A stretch of 64,000 nucleotides of DNA from Candidatus Levyibacteriota bacterium (GTDB lineage Bacteria > Patescibacteriota > Microgenomatia > Levybacterales > UBA12049). The stretch's first letter is position 1; each line of letters starts with the position of its first letter. The stretch covers positions 79,546-143,545 of the forward strand of contig JAJDCH010000002.1 in the NCBI GenBank assembly GCA_029260905.1, given 5' to 3'. Positions 1 to 9,305 of the stretch are shown here, one piece after another. The translations under genes and the position numbers were made by a program. The notes under the pieces were generated by a model. That model worked only from the letters and a program-made list of their open reading frames with translations, made no database searches and was not told the DNA's origin.

Positions 1-495
1 AGGTATTAATTCCTCTCTAAATGTTTTTAGTAAAATTAGTTCTTTGTCAGTTGTCATTTTATTATCTAGCACGCAAACTCCTAAATCAATAACGCCAAGT
101 TTTAGTTTGGACATAATTTCAGACGAGTTATCAATTATGAGATCTAGTTTGTACTTTTCCGAATCTGAATATCTTTGGAAAAAAGATCCAAGCTTCAGAG
201 CAGCATTATCAAATGCGCCAATTGAAAAGAAAGGTAGTTTTGATCTGGATAGATTTTTATTCTTTGCGTTTTCCCAAAGCTCTATTATTTTTTCAGCAAT
301 TAAGAAAATTGCTTCTCCATCAGATGTTAGATTCATATTGCGTCCTTTTTGAATTAGGAGTTTGGTACCCAACTCTTTTTCAAGTCTTGAGATCGATTGA
401 GATAGCGCAGATTGAGTTATGAATACCTCTCTTGACGTTTTGGTAAGGTTGCCTGATTTGGCAACAAGTAAAAATCTTTTTAATTCATCTATCAT
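1..495 (-). CDS. LysR-family transcriptional regulator, partial (N-terminal ~165 aa; C-terminus lies beyond the window start)
   Basis: Manual minus-strand translation from the ATG at 495 gives MIDELKRFLLVAKSGNLTKTSREVFITQSALSQSISRLEKELGTKLLIQKGRNMNLTSDGE..., a classic LysR N-terminal wHTH. It is absent from the ORF track because it runs off the edge. It is divergent from the MIPS gene. Confidence 0.6.
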   Translation of the reverse strand, partial: MIDELKRFLLVAKSGNLTKTSREVFITQSALSQSISRLEKELGTKLLIQKGRNMNLTSDGEAIFLIAEKIIELWENAKNKNLSRSKLPFFSIGAFDNAALKLGSFFQRYSDSEKYKLDLIIDNSSEIMSKLKLGVIDLGVCVLDNKMTTDKELILLKTFREELIP

Positions 496-568
496 TAATA
501 ATATTAATATACCATAAAAAGTATTAATTTTACAACTAGTTATTTATATGATAACCTGTATAAATTGA

Positions 569-1687
569 TTGATTTATCAATTAAAAATTATGGCAAATAG
601 AAAAATAAAGATTGCAATAGTAGGTGTTGGAAATTGCGCCTCATCTCTTGTTCAGGGTATTCACTATTATAGAAACGCAAAAGAAGATCATTTCATACCA
701 GGGGTGATGCATGTAAATTTTGGGGGTTATCAGATAAAAGATCTAGAAGTCGTAGCAGCATTTGATGTTAATAAAAATAAGGTCGGAAAAGACGTGGCTG
801 AGGCTATTTATGCAGAACCAAACAATACTGCTGTTTTTGCAAAAGTTCCCAAAATGGGAGTAAAAGTGATGATGGGTCCTCGAATGGATGGAGTGAACTA
901 TACCACAGAACCACTTGTACCAGTTGGAAATGACAAGCCAGTTGATGTTGCAAAGGTTTTAAAGGAATCAGGCGCAGAGGCAGTTATAAATTATCTACCA
1001 GTTGGCTCGCAAGACGCAACTGAGTTTTACGCACAAGCTGCAATCGATGCAGGATGTGGCTTTGTGAATTGCATTCCTGTTTTTATTGCATCTGATAAAA
1101 AATGGGCTAAGAAATTTGAAGATGCAGGATTGCCGGTAATAGGGGATGATATAAAGGCACAGGTTGGATCAACTATAGTTCATAGAACTTTAACAACCAT
1201 GTTTCTTGATCGGGGAATGAAGATTGAGAGAACATATCAACTCAATAATGGTGGTAATACTGATTTTCTTAATCTGATAGATAGAACTCGTGGTAAATGG
1301 AAAAAGATCAGCAAGACTGAGGCTGTAACTAGCATGATGGAGCAAAGAGGTCAGAAAATTGATCCTGATAATGTTCACATCGGCCCGTCAGATTATGTTC
1401 CATGGCTTAAAGACAATAAGCTTGGTTTTATAAGAATTGAGAGCAATCATTTTGGAGACGTACCCATGAATATAGAAATAAGACTGAGCGTAGAGGATTC
1501 TCCAAATTCAGCTGGTGTTGCCATAGATTCAATTCGTTGTCTGAAACTGGCTCTTGATAATGGTCTCAAAGGCGCAATTATTGAACCGGCAGCTTACTTC
1601 AAAAAGCATCCTCCAGTTCAAATTGAAGATAGAAAAGCAAGAGAGCTAGTTGAGGAATTTATTAAAAAATACGGCCACAAAAATTAA
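569..1687 (+). CDS. ino1: myo-inositol-1-phosphate synthase (archaeal/bacterial MIPS family)
   Basis: 372 aa. The N-terminus KIKIAIVGVGNCASSLVQGIHYYR is the Rossmann segment typical of archaeal-type MIPS, and the length fits. The start could instead be the Met at 590. Confidence 0.8.
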   Translation: MIYQLKIMANRKIKIAIVGVGNCASSLVQGIHYYRNAKEDHFIPGVMHVNFGGYQIKDLEVVAAFDVNKNKVGKDVAEAIYAEPNNTAVFAKVPKMGVKVMMGPRMDGVNYTTEPLVPVGNDKPVDVAKVLKESGAEAVINYLPVGSQDATEFYAQAAIDAGCGFVNCIPVFIASDKKWAKKFEDAGLPVIGDDIKAQVGSTIVHRTLTTMFLDRGMKIERTYQLNNGGNTDFLNLIDRTRGKWKKISKTEAVTSMMEQRGQKIDPDNVHIGPSDYVPWLKDNKLGFIRIESNHFGDVPMNIEIRLSVEDSPNSAGVAIDSIRCLKLALDNGLKGAIIEPAAYFKKHPPVQIEDRKARELVEEFIKKYGHKN

Positions 1688-2284
1688 TTATAAGTTTTCG
1701 TAAGCATATTTTATCCTCTGGATAACGGTAAAAAGAGAAAGAATTGTCAGAATTATAAGGGTTAACTCAGCAAGGTTTAGTCCATATAGTAAAACATTTG
1801 GATAAATCATAAAAAGCACAACGCTAAAAACAATCATTATCATTCTTTCAGAGTGTTCGATGATGCCTACTCCAGATGCAAAATCAGCGCCTTTTTTACT
1901 TCGCAAACCCCCTTGTGCCCTGATATAGCTTGTCAGGAAGGCAAAAAGAAGAAGAGGTGTAGTGATTTCCCATCTGACAATTCCGGCAAAAGAAAAGGCA
2001 GTTATCACAAAAAAATTTGAAATCCTATCAATAGTTGAATCAAGAAAGCCACCAAAACTACTTACCTTATTGTATTTCCTGGCAATCATTCCATCAATCA
2101 TGTCCAAGAAACTACCAAGGAATGCAATGATTGCTGCAAGAAACCATTTATTGATCAAAAAGACAAAAAAAAGAATTGGTGGTATACTTCCAAGTATGGT
2201 TAACAGGTTTGGATTTACATTTCTAAGTAGATGGGCAAGTGGTGTAAATAATTTTTCAATTTCAGCCTTTTTATAACTTAACAT
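1688..2284 (-). CDS. CDP-alcohol phosphatidyltransferase, likely phosphatidylinositol-phosphate synthase-like
   Basis: 198 aa multi-TM protein with the CDP-OH transferase motif DMIDGMIARKYNKVSSFGGFLDSTIDRISN, i.e. D(x)2DG(x)2AR...G(x)3D(x)3D. It abuts ino1 tail-to-tail. Confidence 0.75.
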   Translation of the reverse strand: MLSYKKAEIEKLFTPLAHLLRNVNPNLLTILGSIPPILFFVFLINKWFLAAIIAFLGSFLDMIDGMIARKYNKVSSFGGFLDSTIDRISNFFVITAFSFAGIVRWEITTPLLLFAFLTSYIRAQGGLRSKKGADFASGVGIIEHSERMIMIVFSVVLFMIYPNVLLYGLNLAELTLIILTILSLFTVIQRIKYAYENL

Positions 2285-2948
2285 GATTAAAAAACAGTAT
2301 AAAATTGATTTTCATACGCACTCTATATTATCACATGACGGGGGTTTGAAGAAAGAGGAATATCGAAGGCTTTTGAAAGAAGGTGTTTTGGATTTTGTTG
2401 CCATAACAGATCATAATGAAATCAGTTTTGCAAAATCTCTAAAAAAAGAATTTGGTGAAAAAATAATAATTGGTGAAGAAATAAAATCATTTGATGGTGA
2501 GATTATTGGTCTGTTTCTTCAAAAAAGAATTGAGCCAAATATGTCATCTGCAAAAACAATTGATGAAATACATATGCAGGGTGGGATTTCTTATATTCCT
2601 CATCCATTTGAAAAATCAAGATCGGGGATGCAAAAAAGAGATTTGGAAAAATTAGTATCTGAAATAGATATAATTGAGTCATTTAATGCCAGGGGTATTT
2701 TTCGCGGAAAGCCTGGTATGGCAAATGAATTTGCAAAAAGATATAATATTGCAACTGTCTCATCAAGCGATGCTCACTGCATTTTCGGTGTTGGATCAGC
2801 TTTTACGATAGTAAATGCATTTCCAGATGAAAAAAATATAAAAAATTTATTAAAAAAAGGACTGTTTCAAAAAAAGTATGCAGTTTGGTATAGCTTGCTT
2901 TGTCCATTTTTTAACAAAATAAAAAATAAAATTATTCTTGGAGTATGA
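2283..2948 (+). CDS. PHP-domain metal-dependent phosphoesterase
   Basis: 221 aa. N-terminus MIKKQYKIDFHTHSILSHDG with DFVAITDHNE, plus later His/Asp clusters (IPHPFE, SSSDAH), as in the PHP family. Confidence 0.7.
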   Translation: MIKKQYKIDFHTHSILSHDGGLKKEEYRRLLKEGVLDFVAITDHNEISFAKSLKKEFGEKIIIGEEIKSFDGEIIGLFLQKRIEPNMSSAKTIDEIHMQGGISYIPHPFEKSRSGMQKRDLEKLVSEIDIIESFNARGIFRGKPGMANEFAKRYNIATVSSSDAHCIFGVGSAFTIVNAFPDEKNIKNLLKKGLFQKKYAVWYSLLCPFFNKIKNKIILGV

Positions 2949-3850
2949 GAGATACATTATTTTTATTAAATCCAAAAGCAAATTACAAGGCATCAAAAAA
3001 GATGTGGGATAAAATTTATAAAAAATATTCTGATCTGCCAAAAAATCCTGTTGATATAACCAAAATTAATCTTCTGCACGTTTTGAGAAAGAAAAAATAT
3101 AAATTAATTGTAATTGCAGGAGGTGATGGGACAATAAATCATGTTGTAAGTAATGTTTCTAAAATTAAGAACAAGCCTGATCTTGCAATTATTCCAATGG
3201 GTTTTGGTAATGCTCTTTCATATTGTTTGGGAGTTGAAACAGTGGCAAAGGCATTAGATGTGATTAGAAAAAAACAGGAAAAAATAACAATAGATATTAT
3301 GAAAACAAATATTCCAGGGCACGAGCGGGGAGTTTTCAATATTAGCATAGGATTTGATGCTAAGATAATTCACCTTAAAAATGATTTTGAATACATTGGC
3401 ATGGTTTCATATTTATTTTCAACAGTCAAAAGTTTTTTTTCACATACGGAAAAAGAAATCACTTTTATAATAGATCATAGTAAAAAATTATCAGCAACTG
3501 CATCATCATTATCAATTGCAAATTGTCCAATTCTTGGACAAAATTATGTTATTTCGCCAACAGCGAAGTTAGATGACGGATTGCTTGATTGTACTCTCTT
3601 TTCTACAAAATATGCTTATTTGACAAATCTCAGGCTTGCAGGTTTTAAACACCCTCTTTATACAGAGCTAGGTAAGGTGCGGTTTAAAGCATCTCATGTT
3701 AGAATAGAAGGAGAACCTTTTGTTCAGGTTGATGGAGATCCCGTTATCCAGAGTGAGGGAATTGAAATAGAAATCATGAAATCTCATGTTACTTTTTTAA
3801 GAAATAGCGATAATAAAATAAAGCAAGTCTATCGCCCTTTTGTTATATGA
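2945..3850 (+). CDS. lipid kinase with DAGK catalytic domain (YegS/BmrU family)
   Basis: 301 aa with KLIVIAGGDGTINHVV (the GGDGT motif). Its start overlaps the upstream gene by 4 nt. Confidence 0.7.
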   Translation: MRDTLFLLNPKANYKASKKMWDKIYKKYSDLPKNPVDITKINLLHVLRKKKYKLIVIAGGDGTINHVVSNVSKIKNKPDLAIIPMGFGNALSYCLGVETVAKALDVIRKKQEKITIDIMKTNIPGHERGVFNISIGFDAKIIHLKNDFEYIGMVSYLFSTVKSFFSHTEKEITFIIDHSKKLSATASSLSIANCPILGQNYVISPTAKLDDGLLDCTLFSTKYAYLTNLRLAGFKHPLYTELGKVRFKASHVRIEGEPFVQVDGDPVIQSEGIEIEIMKSHVTFLRNSDNKIKQVYRPFVI

Positions 3851-4401
3851 TAAAAAATTTATTTTTTGTTCTTTGGTTTTTTGCTCCAAGTGGTGTTGCT
3901 AACATTGCAGCTTTTTTTTCGGGTAAAATACCTTATCTCAAGTCCTTCTCCTATCCTGTTGATTTAAGAAAAAAGATAAATGGTAAAAGAATTTTTGGCG
4001 ATAACAAGACGATAAGAGGTTTAATTTTTGGTGTAATATCATCTGTTGTTGCTGTTTATCTACAAATTTTTTTATACAACCAATTTGACTTTATAAGCTC
4101 TTTCGTAAGAATTGATTATAATCAAGTAGATCCTATTATTTTTGGAATGCTTTCAGGGTTTGGCGCATTGTTTGGTGATAGTTTGAAGAGTTTTTTCAAA
4201 AGAAGAGTAAATGTTCCACCTGGAAAGTCTTGGTTTCCATTTGATCAGATCGATTATGTTATAGGAGGAATGGTTTTTACTTCTTTTTATATCACTTTAA
4301 GTTTTTATGAATATTTATTGCTATTTCTTGTTTGGTTTATAATTCATCCAATAAATACTTTTTTGGGATTTATTCTTAAGCTTCGAAAAGAACCTCTTTG
4401 A
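3847..4401 (+). CDS. CTP:phosphatidate cytidylyltransferase-like membrane protein (CdsA/CarS family)
   Basis: 184 aa polytopic protein. The C-terminal GDSLKSFFKRRVNVPPGKSWFPFDQIDYVIGG resembles the CdsA signature S..KR...G...PGHGG..DR.D. A GDNKTIRG motif is also present. Confidence 0.55.
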   Translation: MIKNLFFVLWFFAPSGVANIAAFFSGKIPYLKSFSYPVDLRKKINGKRIFGDNKTIRGLIFGVISSVVAVYLQIFLYNQFDFISSFVRIDYNQVDPIIFGMLSGFGALFGDSLKSFFKRRVNVPPGKSWFPFDQIDYVIGGMVFTSFYITLSFYEYLLLFLVWFIIHPINTFLGFILKLRKEPL

Positions 4402-4539
4402 AAATCTAATTACTTGTTGACAGAAGTGTAATTGATGTACCAAAATTGGTTATAGGGTAGCAGAATAGAAGTTTTAGTAGTATAATACTCACACACAAGC
4501 TTTGTTAGCCCGCATTAAAAGCAAAAAGGAGGTAATATT

Positions 4540-5538
4540 ATGCAAGTTCCATCAATTACTCACAAGGGTTTATCATTTATAAACTTAAATGGTCCCAAAG
4601 AAGATCAGTTGAGATTTCTGAATAAAAATTTTGGATTCAGCATGCTTAATCTTGAGGACTATTTATACAAAACACAGATTCCCAAGATAGAGATTTATAA
4701 AGATTATTCTCTTCTTGTGATGGATATTCCATTTATTGCCCAGATGGAAAAATCAAAAGGAAATTCATTTGTACCTCAAGTTCTTTCAAGTCATGTGCCT
4801 TTCAAGACAAGTTCTAGGTCGGCAAGAAAAAAAAGAATAAATGTTGGAGAGGTCGACTTTTTTATAGGTAAAGATTATATTGTTGTTCTTCATGACAGTA
4901 AAACACCACAGATTGATGAACTTTTTGATATGTGTAAGGTTTCATCAAAACATAGAGAGGAGTTTATGGAAAAAGGTTCTTCTTTCCTTTTTTATAGATT
5001 AGTGGATGTTTTGGTTGATTCTGCTTTTTCATATGTTGAAGATATCTCAAATGCAATCGATTACATTGATAATCAGCTGGATGAGAATAGCACAGCAAGA
5101 GTGATAGAGGATATTTCAATAACAAGACGAAATATTGTTGTTTTTGAAACCATGATAAAGCCCGCGCTTCCTATTTTTGCTGATCTGGAAAAAGGAAAGT
5201 ACAAAGAATTAAACGGGGAGATGACTCCATACTGGAGCAATATTTTGGATCATTTGCAGAAAATTTGGGAGAGACTGGAGGATCATAAAGAACTCATTCA
5301 GGGTATATCATCGAGTCATGAATCAATTCTTTCAAACAGAAGCAATGAGTTGGTTAAGTTTTTTACGCTTGTAACAGCTGTTGCATTTCCTTTTGTTCTT
5401 GTGAATAATCTTTACTCTATGAATGTAATGGGGCTTCCCTATGCAGAGAAATCTTGGATTGTTTGGATACTTTTTCTCCTTGCTTTCACAGGTGGGGGAT
5501 TGGTGCTTGCATACTTCAAGTATAGGGATTGGTTGTAG
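4540..5538 (+). CDS. corA: CorA-family Mg2+/Co2+ transporter (variant SMN signature)
   Basis: 332 aa with a cytoplasmic N-domain and two C-terminal TM helices. YSMNVMGLPYAE sits at the canonical YGMNF position. Strong RBS aaggagg 8 nt upstream. Confidence 0.7.
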   Translation: MQVPSITHKGLSFINLNGPKEDQLRFLNKNFGFSMLNLEDYLYKTQIPKIEIYKDYSLLVMDIPFIAQMEKSKGNSFVPQVLSSHVPFKTSSRSARKKRINVGEVDFFIGKDYIVVLHDSKTPQIDELFDMCKVSSKHREEFMEKGSSFLFYRLVDVLVDSAFSYVEDISNAIDYIDNQLDENSTARVIEDISITRRNIVVFETMIKPALPIFADLEKGKYKELNGEMTPYWSNILDHLQKIWERLEDHKELIQGISSSHESILSNRSNELVKFFTLVTAVAFPFVLVNNLYSMNVMGLPYAEKSWIVWILFLLAFTGGGLVLAYFKYRDWL

Positions 5539-5540
5539 TT

Positions 5541-6647
5541 TTACAGTCTCACTTTTAATGAATCTCCTTTGAAAATAACATTTTTTGGTTTTATAATTAC
5601 CTGTCTCTCGCCATCCTCTACATATCCGGCATCAAGACTTTCAAATCCATTTTCTCTTACGATTTCCTGCGCTTTTTGGATATCTTCTTTTGGTAAAAAT
5701 ATCGCATAATCCTGCCCCATGTTGAATTCATCATACATTTCATAATCAGTCAGTCCTGCTTCAGTTTGTATAAAATCAAAAAGTTCATGAGGTTCAAAGG
5801 TTTTTTCGATAACATATCTAAGCTCAGTTCTTGCTCTCATCACTTTTCTTAGACCATGACCTGTTACATTTGAAATGTAGTGAATGTCAATTTCTGAATC
5901 AAGAAGATTTTGAATCAATTTTGCATAGATGTTTGTTTTTTGAAGAATTGCCTCGCCATAAATTTGACCAGATTTTAATTTAGTTCCATATCCTTCTGGA
6001 AGTTTTTTTCCAATTGCGCGAGCAAGAGATAGGCCGTTTGCATTGATACCAGTTGATTTGAGAAAAAGAATTCGATCTCCAGAGATAAGACCCTTGTCAC
6101 TTATCAATCTTTTTTTATTATTTATTATCCCCACACATGATCCACCAAGTGCTACTGTTCTTGGATTTATGATACCTTTAAGAGTGGGAGTCTCGCCGCC
6201 ACCCCATGAACAACCAGCAAGATCACAAGCTGATTTCCAGCCAGATATTAGATCAGTCATTCTTTTTTCATCAGCAAGCCAATCGTTATTTTCAATTGCC
6301 CAATATGCATGAAGAACAAGGGGTTGAGCACCAACTGTTACGAGATCATTGATGATTGTTCCAATTGTATCGTGTCCGATTATGTCGTAGTATGTTTTTC
6401 CTGTTATTTTTCTTGTCTCATCCGCAACCAAATTTTTTGTTCCCAACTGCTCAGCAACTGCTGCCATATAGATATCGCCTTGCCTCCAGACGTATGCAGA
6501 CTCACCACGAGAGTCAGACATTTCATCAAAACCATGTTTTTTTAGATTTTTACCTGTTTTTTCAGCTGCAGTTTGTGCCAAAATTTTGATCGGATCTTTG
6601 GTGTCGTAGTTATCTCCAACTTCAGAATATTTAATTTTTTTATTCAT
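5541..6647 (-). CDS. purM: PurM-like AIR synthase family protein (phosphoribosylformylglycinamidine cyclo-ligase-like)
   Basis: 368 aa. SWGGGETPTLKG aligns with the PurM GGETAEMPG region. It is the last gene of the pur operon. Confidence 0.6.
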   Translation of the reverse strand: MNKKIKYSEVGDNYDTKDPIKILAQTAAEKTGKNLKKHGFDEMSDSRGESAYVWRQGDIYMAAVAEQLGTKNLVADETRKITGKTYYDIIGHDTIGTIINDLVTVGAQPLVLHAYWAIENNDWLADEKRMTDLISGWKSACDLAGCSWGGGETPTLKGIINPRTVALGGSCVGIINNKKRLISDKGLISGDRILFLKSTGINANGLSLARAIGKKLPEGYGTKLKSGQIYGEAILQKTNIYAKLIQNLLDSEIDIHYISNVTGHGLRKVMRARTELRYVIEKTFEPHELFDFIQTEAGLTDYEMYDEFNMGQDYAIFLPKEDIQKAQEIVRENGFESLDAGYVEDGERQVIIKPKNVIFKGDSLKVRL

Positions 6648-7615
6648 ATTGTAATTTTATTTATGTTTTCTATTATACGTTTTTTAATAGGATAATCAAA
6701 TTCCTTAAAAGCGTTTCCTGTTATTTTTTCATAGACTGCAATATAGCGCTGTGCTGTTTTGATAATTAGCTCATCTGTCATAGGTGGAGGAGGTCCATCT
6801 CCCTGATATCCTTTGTCAGCGTACCAAAGCCTGAGGAACTCTTTGTCAAAATTTTCTGGTTCCTGGCCTTTGATTATTCTTTCTTTGTAAGTATCAGCAA
6901 TCCAGAATCGTGATGAGTCTGGGGTATGAACTTCATCAATCAGCATTAATTTACCGTCAAATAATCCAAATTCATATTTTGTATCTACCAAGACAACTCC
7001 GTGTTCTTCGCACCATCTGCTACCAAATTCAAACAGATCAAGTGAAATTTTTTCCATTTGTTCATACAGTTCTTCACTGACAATTTTTTGATTGATAATC
7101 TCTTCACGTGTTAATCTCTCATCATGAATATTGGAGCCTGCATCAGGATGAGTGGTTGGAGTTATGATGGGATTTGTTAATTTCTGATTTTTTTTCATAC
7201 CATCTGGAAATTTGATTCCATAGATATTTCGTTCGCCGTTTTGATATGAATACCAAATTGAGGTTTTGGTAACTCCAGACATATATCCACGCACTACCAT
7301 TTCAACAGGAATAGGCTTGCAATTATTGGAAATAAGAACATTTGGGTCGGGGACTGAGATCATATGGTTGTCAACTAGGTCTTTTGTCTTTTCAAACCAA
7401 AATGCTGCTAGCTGATTAAGAACTGCGCCTTTGAAAGGAATGCTTCCCAAGATTACGTCAAAAGCTGACTGCCTATCTGTTGTTATGGTTATTCTCTTGT
7501 CCTTTTTGATATAAAAATCACGTACTTTGCCAGAGTATTTTTTATCAAGATTTGGAAGATCAATTGATTTTAAAGCAAGGGGAATTGTAGTTAGTATTGT
7601 TTTTTCATCAATCAT
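6644..7615 (-). CDS. purC: phosphoribosylaminoimidazole-succinocarboxamide synthase (long form)
   Basis: GKVRDFY and TDRQSAFD motifs. Confidence 0.85.
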   Translation of the reverse strand: MIDEKTILTTIPLALKSIDLPNLDKKYSGKVRDFYIKKDKRITITTDRQSAFDVILGSIPFKGAVLNQLAAFWFEKTKDLVDNHMISVPDPNVLISNNCKPIPVEMVVRGYMSGVTKTSIWYSYQNGERNIYGIKFPDGMKKNQKLTNPIITPTTHPDAGSNIHDERLTREEIINQKIVSEELYEQMEKISLDLFEFGSRWCEEHGVVLVDTKYEFGLFDGKLMLIDEVHTPDSSRFWIADTYKERIIKGQEPENFDKEFLRLWYADKGYQGDGPPPPMTDELIIKTAQRYIAVYEKITGNAFKEFDYPIKKRIIENINKITI

Positions 7616-8145
7616 TTATTTTTATCAAGATAATCTTTTACACCGATTTTGTCCAATAATTCGATTTTTTCCATAACCATATTTTTTAAATCAGTTTTGT
7701 ATTTTTCCAATTTTTCCTGAATTGATTTATCACTTGCTCCTATTATCCTTGCAGCCAGAAGACCTGCATTTTTAGCCCCATTTATTGTAACAGTCGCAAC
7801 AGGAATGCCCGGGGGCATCTGGACAATTGAAAGAAGTGAGTCAAGCCCGTCAAGAGATTTGGTTTTTACTGGCACACCGATAACTGGAAGAGTTGTGTGG
7901 GAGGAAACCATACCTGGTAAATGCGCAGATCCTCCAGCTCCAGCAATTATAACTTTTATACCTCTATTAACTGCAGATTTTGTGTATTCATTCATCCTTT
8001 CAGGTGTGCGGTGTGCTGATACAATTGTTGTTTCGTTTGGAATACCAATCTCGTCAAGAATTTTTACAGCTTCACTCATCACGAGAAGATCTGAATCAGA
8101 CCCCATTATTATTGCTACGATTGGTTTATTGTTAGATTGTTCCAT
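7612..8145 (-). CDS. purE: N5-carboxyaminoimidazole ribonucleotide mutase
   Basis: 177 aa with [11 protein letters not shown]...[12 protein letters not shown]. Confidence 0.9.
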   Translation of the reverse strand: MEQSNNKPIVAIIMGSDSDLLVMSEAVKILDEIGIPNETTIVSAHRTPERMNEYTKSAVNRGIKVIIAGAGGSAHLPGMVSSHTTLPVIGVPVKTKSLDGLDSLLSIVQMPPGIPVATVTINGAKNAGLLAARIIGASDKSIQEKLEKYKTDLKNMVMEKIELLDKIGVKDYLDKNK

Positions 8146-8147
8146 TG

Positions 8148-9305
8148 CTAGATTGTTATAAATGACCTTGCTTTTTTTGCCTTTTCAATGCATTCATCAA
8201 GTGAGTTTCCAACCACTGTGATGTGTCCCATCTTGCGCTCATGTCTTGTCTCCAGTTTACCATAGATATGTACGCTTACGCCAGGTATTTTTTTAGCTTT
8301 TTCAACTCCCATTGGTTTTGCTTTGCCTTTTCTTTCTCCAAGGATGTTTATCATGATTGATGCTGGTACAATCATTTTGGTTTCTCCAAGATCCATTCCT
8401 GAAATTGCTCTAAGGTGTTGTTCAAATTGAGATGTTTTATTTGCTTCAATTGTATGGTGGCCTGAGTTATGAACGCGGGGCGCGATTTCATTTATTAGGA
8501 TTTCGTTAGCAGCTGTTAAAAACATTTCTACTCCAAATACCCCAGCTCCATCAAGTAGTTTTATCGCATCTTCTGCTATTTGTTTAGCCTTTTCCTTAGT
8601 TTTTTTATCAATGACCGCAGGAGAAAAAAGATAATTAAGAATGTTATTTTCATGAACTGTTTCAACAACTGGATATGAATCAATTATACCAGAAGTGTTT
8701 CTAGCTACCATAATAGCTAATTCTTTTTTGAATGGTACAAATTTTTCTACATATAAATTTTTGCCTTGAAGTTTCTCTAGTGCATTATCGATCTGATTTT
8801 CTGTTTTGATTAATGCATTTCCTCGACCATCATATGCACCAGTTCTTACTTTAAGGAGGATGGGATATCCAAATTTTTTAATTGCTTTTTGAATATCTGA
8901 TTTTGTTTTTACTTCCAGAAATTCAGGAGTTGGTAAATTGTTTTTTTTTAAAAATTTGTTTTGTTTGAGCTTGTCTTGAATAATAGCTAGTGTTTTGGGG
9001 GATGGGTAAACTGGTTTTCCATCGTCTTTGATTTTTTGAAGAATGTTTTGAAGTCCTTTCTCATTTGTTACCTCAACTTCAATTGTTAAAACATCTGATT
9101 TTTCAGCAAGCTCTTCAACAGCTTTTTTGTTAGTAAAGTTGGCTACTACTTGCTCATCTGCTATTTGTCCTGCGGGGGAGTCTGGATTGGGGTCAAGTAC
9201 CGTTAGTGAAAGTCCAAGCTTGTGTGCAGGGTCAACCATCATTCTTGCCAGTTGTCCTCCACCAATTATTCCGACCCTAGTTGTCATTTGCATTTTTTGA
9301 GTCAT
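8148..9305 (-). CDS. purK: N5-carboxyaminoimidazole ribonucleotide synthase (ATP-grasp)
   Basis: [14 protein letters not shown]-terminus and ATP-grasp body. Confidence 0.85.
   Translation of the reverse strand: MTQKMQMTTRVGIIGGGQLARMMVDPAHKLGLSLTVLDPNPDSPAGQIADEQVVANFTNKKAVEELAEKSDVLTIEVEVTNEKGLQNILQKIKDDGKPVYPSPKTLAIIQDKLKQNKFLKKNNLPTPEFLEVKTKSDIQKAIKKFGYPILLKVRTGAYDGRGNALIKTENQIDNALEKLQGKNLYVEKFVPFKKELAIMVARNTSGIIDSYPVVETVHENNILNYLFSPAVIDKKTKEKAKQIAEDAIKLLDGAGVFGVEMFLTAANEILINEIAPRVHNSGHHTIEANKTSQFEQHLRAISGMDLGETKMIVPASIMINILGERKGKAKPMGVEKAKKIPGVSVHIYGKLETRHERKMGHITVVGNSLDECIEKAKKARSFITI

Noticed and set aside
44-422. Plus-strand ORFs 44-352 and 213-422 from the ORF track
   Set aside because: They are antisense to a well-formed LysR HTH reading frame on the minus strand (1-495). 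Their products are low-complexity with no motifs.
4402-4539. Mg2+ (M-box) riboswitch upstream of corA
   Set aside because: The intergenic region is only 138 nt and AT-rich, lacking the ~160-nt conserved M-box core. It looks like a plain promoter plus strong SD.
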